A stretch of DNA of 64,000 nt, from the NCBI RefSeq assembly GCF_028641065.1, contig NC_073395.1, positions 18,538,001 through 18,602,000 of the forward strand. Direction: 5' to 3'. This document shows positions 61,440 through 64,000 of the stretch, piece by piece. The translations under genes were made by a program, and so were the position numbers. The stretch is from Leucoraja erinacea (taxonomy: Eukaryota). The notes beneath the pieces were generated by a model, which made no database searches, was not told the origin of the DNA, and saw nothing but the letters and a program-made list of their open reading frames with translations. Numbering within the stretch: position 1 is the first letter of the stretch; each line of letters begins with the position of its first letter.

Positions 61440-63941
61440 AAGTAAAGATAACCATTGATTTTCAGCGCTAAGAAGAACAGCCAGTTTTATTTTTTAAAGA
61501 AAGAGTCATCGGCTGTTTGTGGAGGGGGGGGTGTAGTGGGATTATTATTTAAGGGACCACAGAGTGGGCTCCGGAGTCACCTCTGAATCCTCGACATCCG
61601 GAGACCCGTCTCAGTCTTCAATGACAATTAAATTGAATCTTGAATCTTGAATCTTGAGAGTGGGAGCCCCCTGGCGAGTGGAGAAACAGACCTCAGACTC
61701 ACTGCCTGCCACTAGTAACTGCAACTAATCACTACTGATCACATGAATTGGCAATTCATTAATTGAAGAAAACCCCCATCATTTTCCCCCAGGTGATGCT
61801 GCCTGACCCGCTGTTAATCCAGCATTTTGGATATCTTCAATATAAACCAACATAAGAAGTAATCATTGTTAATCAATGTCTTAAGATGTCACCCATTCAT
61901 AGAAACATAGAAACATAGAAATTAGGTGCAGGAGTAGGCCATTCGGCCCTTCGAGCCTGCACCGCCATTCAATATGATCATGGCTGATCATCCAACTCAG
62001 TATCCCTTCTCTCCAGAGATGCTGCCTGGCCCGCTGAGTTACTCCAGTATTTTTGTCTCTATCTTCGGTGTAAATCAGCATCATTGTGGAAACTTACACA
62101 ATCTAATAAATAATTTGTTGCTTTTTAAATTATTTTGTTTTACTATAATAAACATAGTTGTTTGCAACCGTGAAATGTTCTTTCTCCATTCATTGATCTG
62201 AATCCTCTAAACTGGCTCAGATTTGTAATCTCCCCAACCCTCCCACACCCTCCCCCCTATCCCCGTAGTAAACACCAACTACTCCTCTGCTGCCTGACGT
62301 CGCGACTCCTGGGAAAGGAGACTTAGATACGTAGCTCCACTCTCAAACCATTCGGCCCATCGATCCTATCCCGCCACAATCATGAGGACACCTGTAATGA
62401 TGCCGAGTGAGTGGACCAGGCAAGATTTTCTTTCTCAAGGACGTCAGAGTGCTGATATAATACATATGTAATAGAAAGGGGGTCGTGCGACCTCCCGATA
62501 ACCGCAGACTGTGCAATCACCTTATCTAATCCCCTCATGATCTTATACTTCTCTATAAGATCACCCCAGCCTCCTGCGCTCCAAACAACCCTATTGTAGG
62601 TAAAAAAAATACCCCTAACTCTAGATCCTCTCACTAGGGACACCGTAGGCCCGGGTTTAAACACGCAGGAGTCACGTTCTACATAATTAGTTTGCCTTTA
62701 TTAAATATCTGTCTGGGTGATGTTTCATCCAACTAATTTCCTTTCCAATCTCCAGCAGCTTGCTGTGTTTATGGGAATATTAATCATGCATCTCCATCTA
62801 GCCACAAATCTGCTAAAGCCACAGATTAGCGGTGAGGATGGGGAGCGCGGTGCTTTGTTTACCTGTGGACATCCGGAGATTAGTTACCGAGCAGCATAAA
62901 TCCACAGGAGTCTTGAGCCTGGGACCAGAGGCACTGACATCTCCAACGCCACACACAAGGTAAGATTGTCTCTCTGCCTCGCTGTCATCTCTGGCCGTTC
63001 CTTCTCTGCCCCGGTGTGTTCCTCGAATCTCCTGAATGTCCATTCCTCGTTTTCCCGACTGTGGAACCTAGGACGCATTTATCCCAAGGATACAGAACAT
63101 GTTGGGGAGGTCCACTGATAGTCAGTTGTACAGCGTGTAAACAGGTCCTCCTTGCCCACACCGGCCAACATGCCCCACTATATCTACACTGGTCCCGCCT
63201 GCCTGCGTTTGGCCCGATTCCCTCTGAACCTGTCCTGTCCATGTACCTGTCCAAATAGTTTTAAAACGTTGTGATAGTACCTGCCTCAACTACTTACATA
63301 GAAACATAGAAATTAGGTGCAGGAGTAGGCCATTCGGCCCTTCGAGCCTGCAGCGCCATTCAATATGATCATGGCTGATCATCCAACTCAGTATCCCGTA
63401 CCTGCCTTCTCTCCATACCCTCTGATCCCCTTAGGTTACTCCAGCACCTAATTCCATATACCCACCACCCTTTGTGTAAAAAAATATTTCCCCTCAGGTT
63501 CCTATTGAAACCCCCCCCTTGTGAGATTGTAGCTTCTCAGGGTGATGGTTAGGAGCTGCATTAGCCCTGGGCCACTGAACACGGACATCCGTGCCTAAAG
63601 CCCCTTCTCCTTGCTTGCCTGTTACCCTGGGGTAATGTGTAAGGAACTCCAGATGCTGGTTTACATGGAAAATAGACAACATGCTGCAATAACTCAGCGG
63701 GCCAGGCAGCATCTCTCGGAGAGCAATCCAGTGGATTGAACACATTTGTTCTGAACCTTGTCGACCTCTCCTCTGACTCTGTCTGAAGAAGCGTCTCGAC
63801 CCGAAACACCATCTATCCAGTTTCTCCACAGATTCTGCCCGACCCGCTGAGTTCTTCCACCACGTTGTGCTGAAGGCAGGGGGAGGGGGAGTGTGGAGCT
63901 GGTGATATGTGACTGCTGTACTTGTTGTGATGTGTTGCAGC

Positions 63942-64000
63942 ATGCGGGTGCTGAGTCTCCTACCTCTGCTCCTGTCTCTGGCCGCGGCGAGGGCCCAGTG
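63942..64000 (+). CDS. 5' end of a secreted or membrane protein gene (signal peptide), truncated by the window end
   Basis: Acceptor-like tgtgttgcag|C then ATG; MRVLSLLPLLLSLAAARAQ with hydrophobic core and A-x-A cleavage motif. Confidence 0.6.
   Translation, partial: MRVLSLLPLLLSLAAARAQ

Overview
Repeat-rich vertebrate genomic DNA. The repeat content (HE1-type V-SINEs, HER1/CR1 LINEs with (TTTCTATG)n tails, Penelope-like elements) points to a cartilaginous fish, probably a skate or ray (inference). I reconstructed three complete multi-exon genes by hand, with GT-AG sites and consistent exon phases: (1) guanylyl cyclase inhibitory protein GCIP (minus, ATG 11420), whose last exon runs into a ~1.25 kb 27-bp tandem repeat that appears to be coding; (2) a divergent 216-aa CD9-family tetraspanin (minus, 26265-14750); (3) a ~860-aa plakophilin-2-like gene (plus, 29064-56703), head-to-head with the tetraspanin, with two homopolymer frameshifts in exon 10. 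A fourth gene starting with a signal peptide begins at 63942. The plakophilin introns hold a full-length Nimb/I-group LINE with a 10-bp target-site duplication and a FAM110 C-terminal-domain fragment inside a DNA-transposon-like insertion. Penelope-derived hairpin elements carry hammerhead-ribozyme cores. There are two assembly gaps. No database searches were run; family calls rest on motif recognition.
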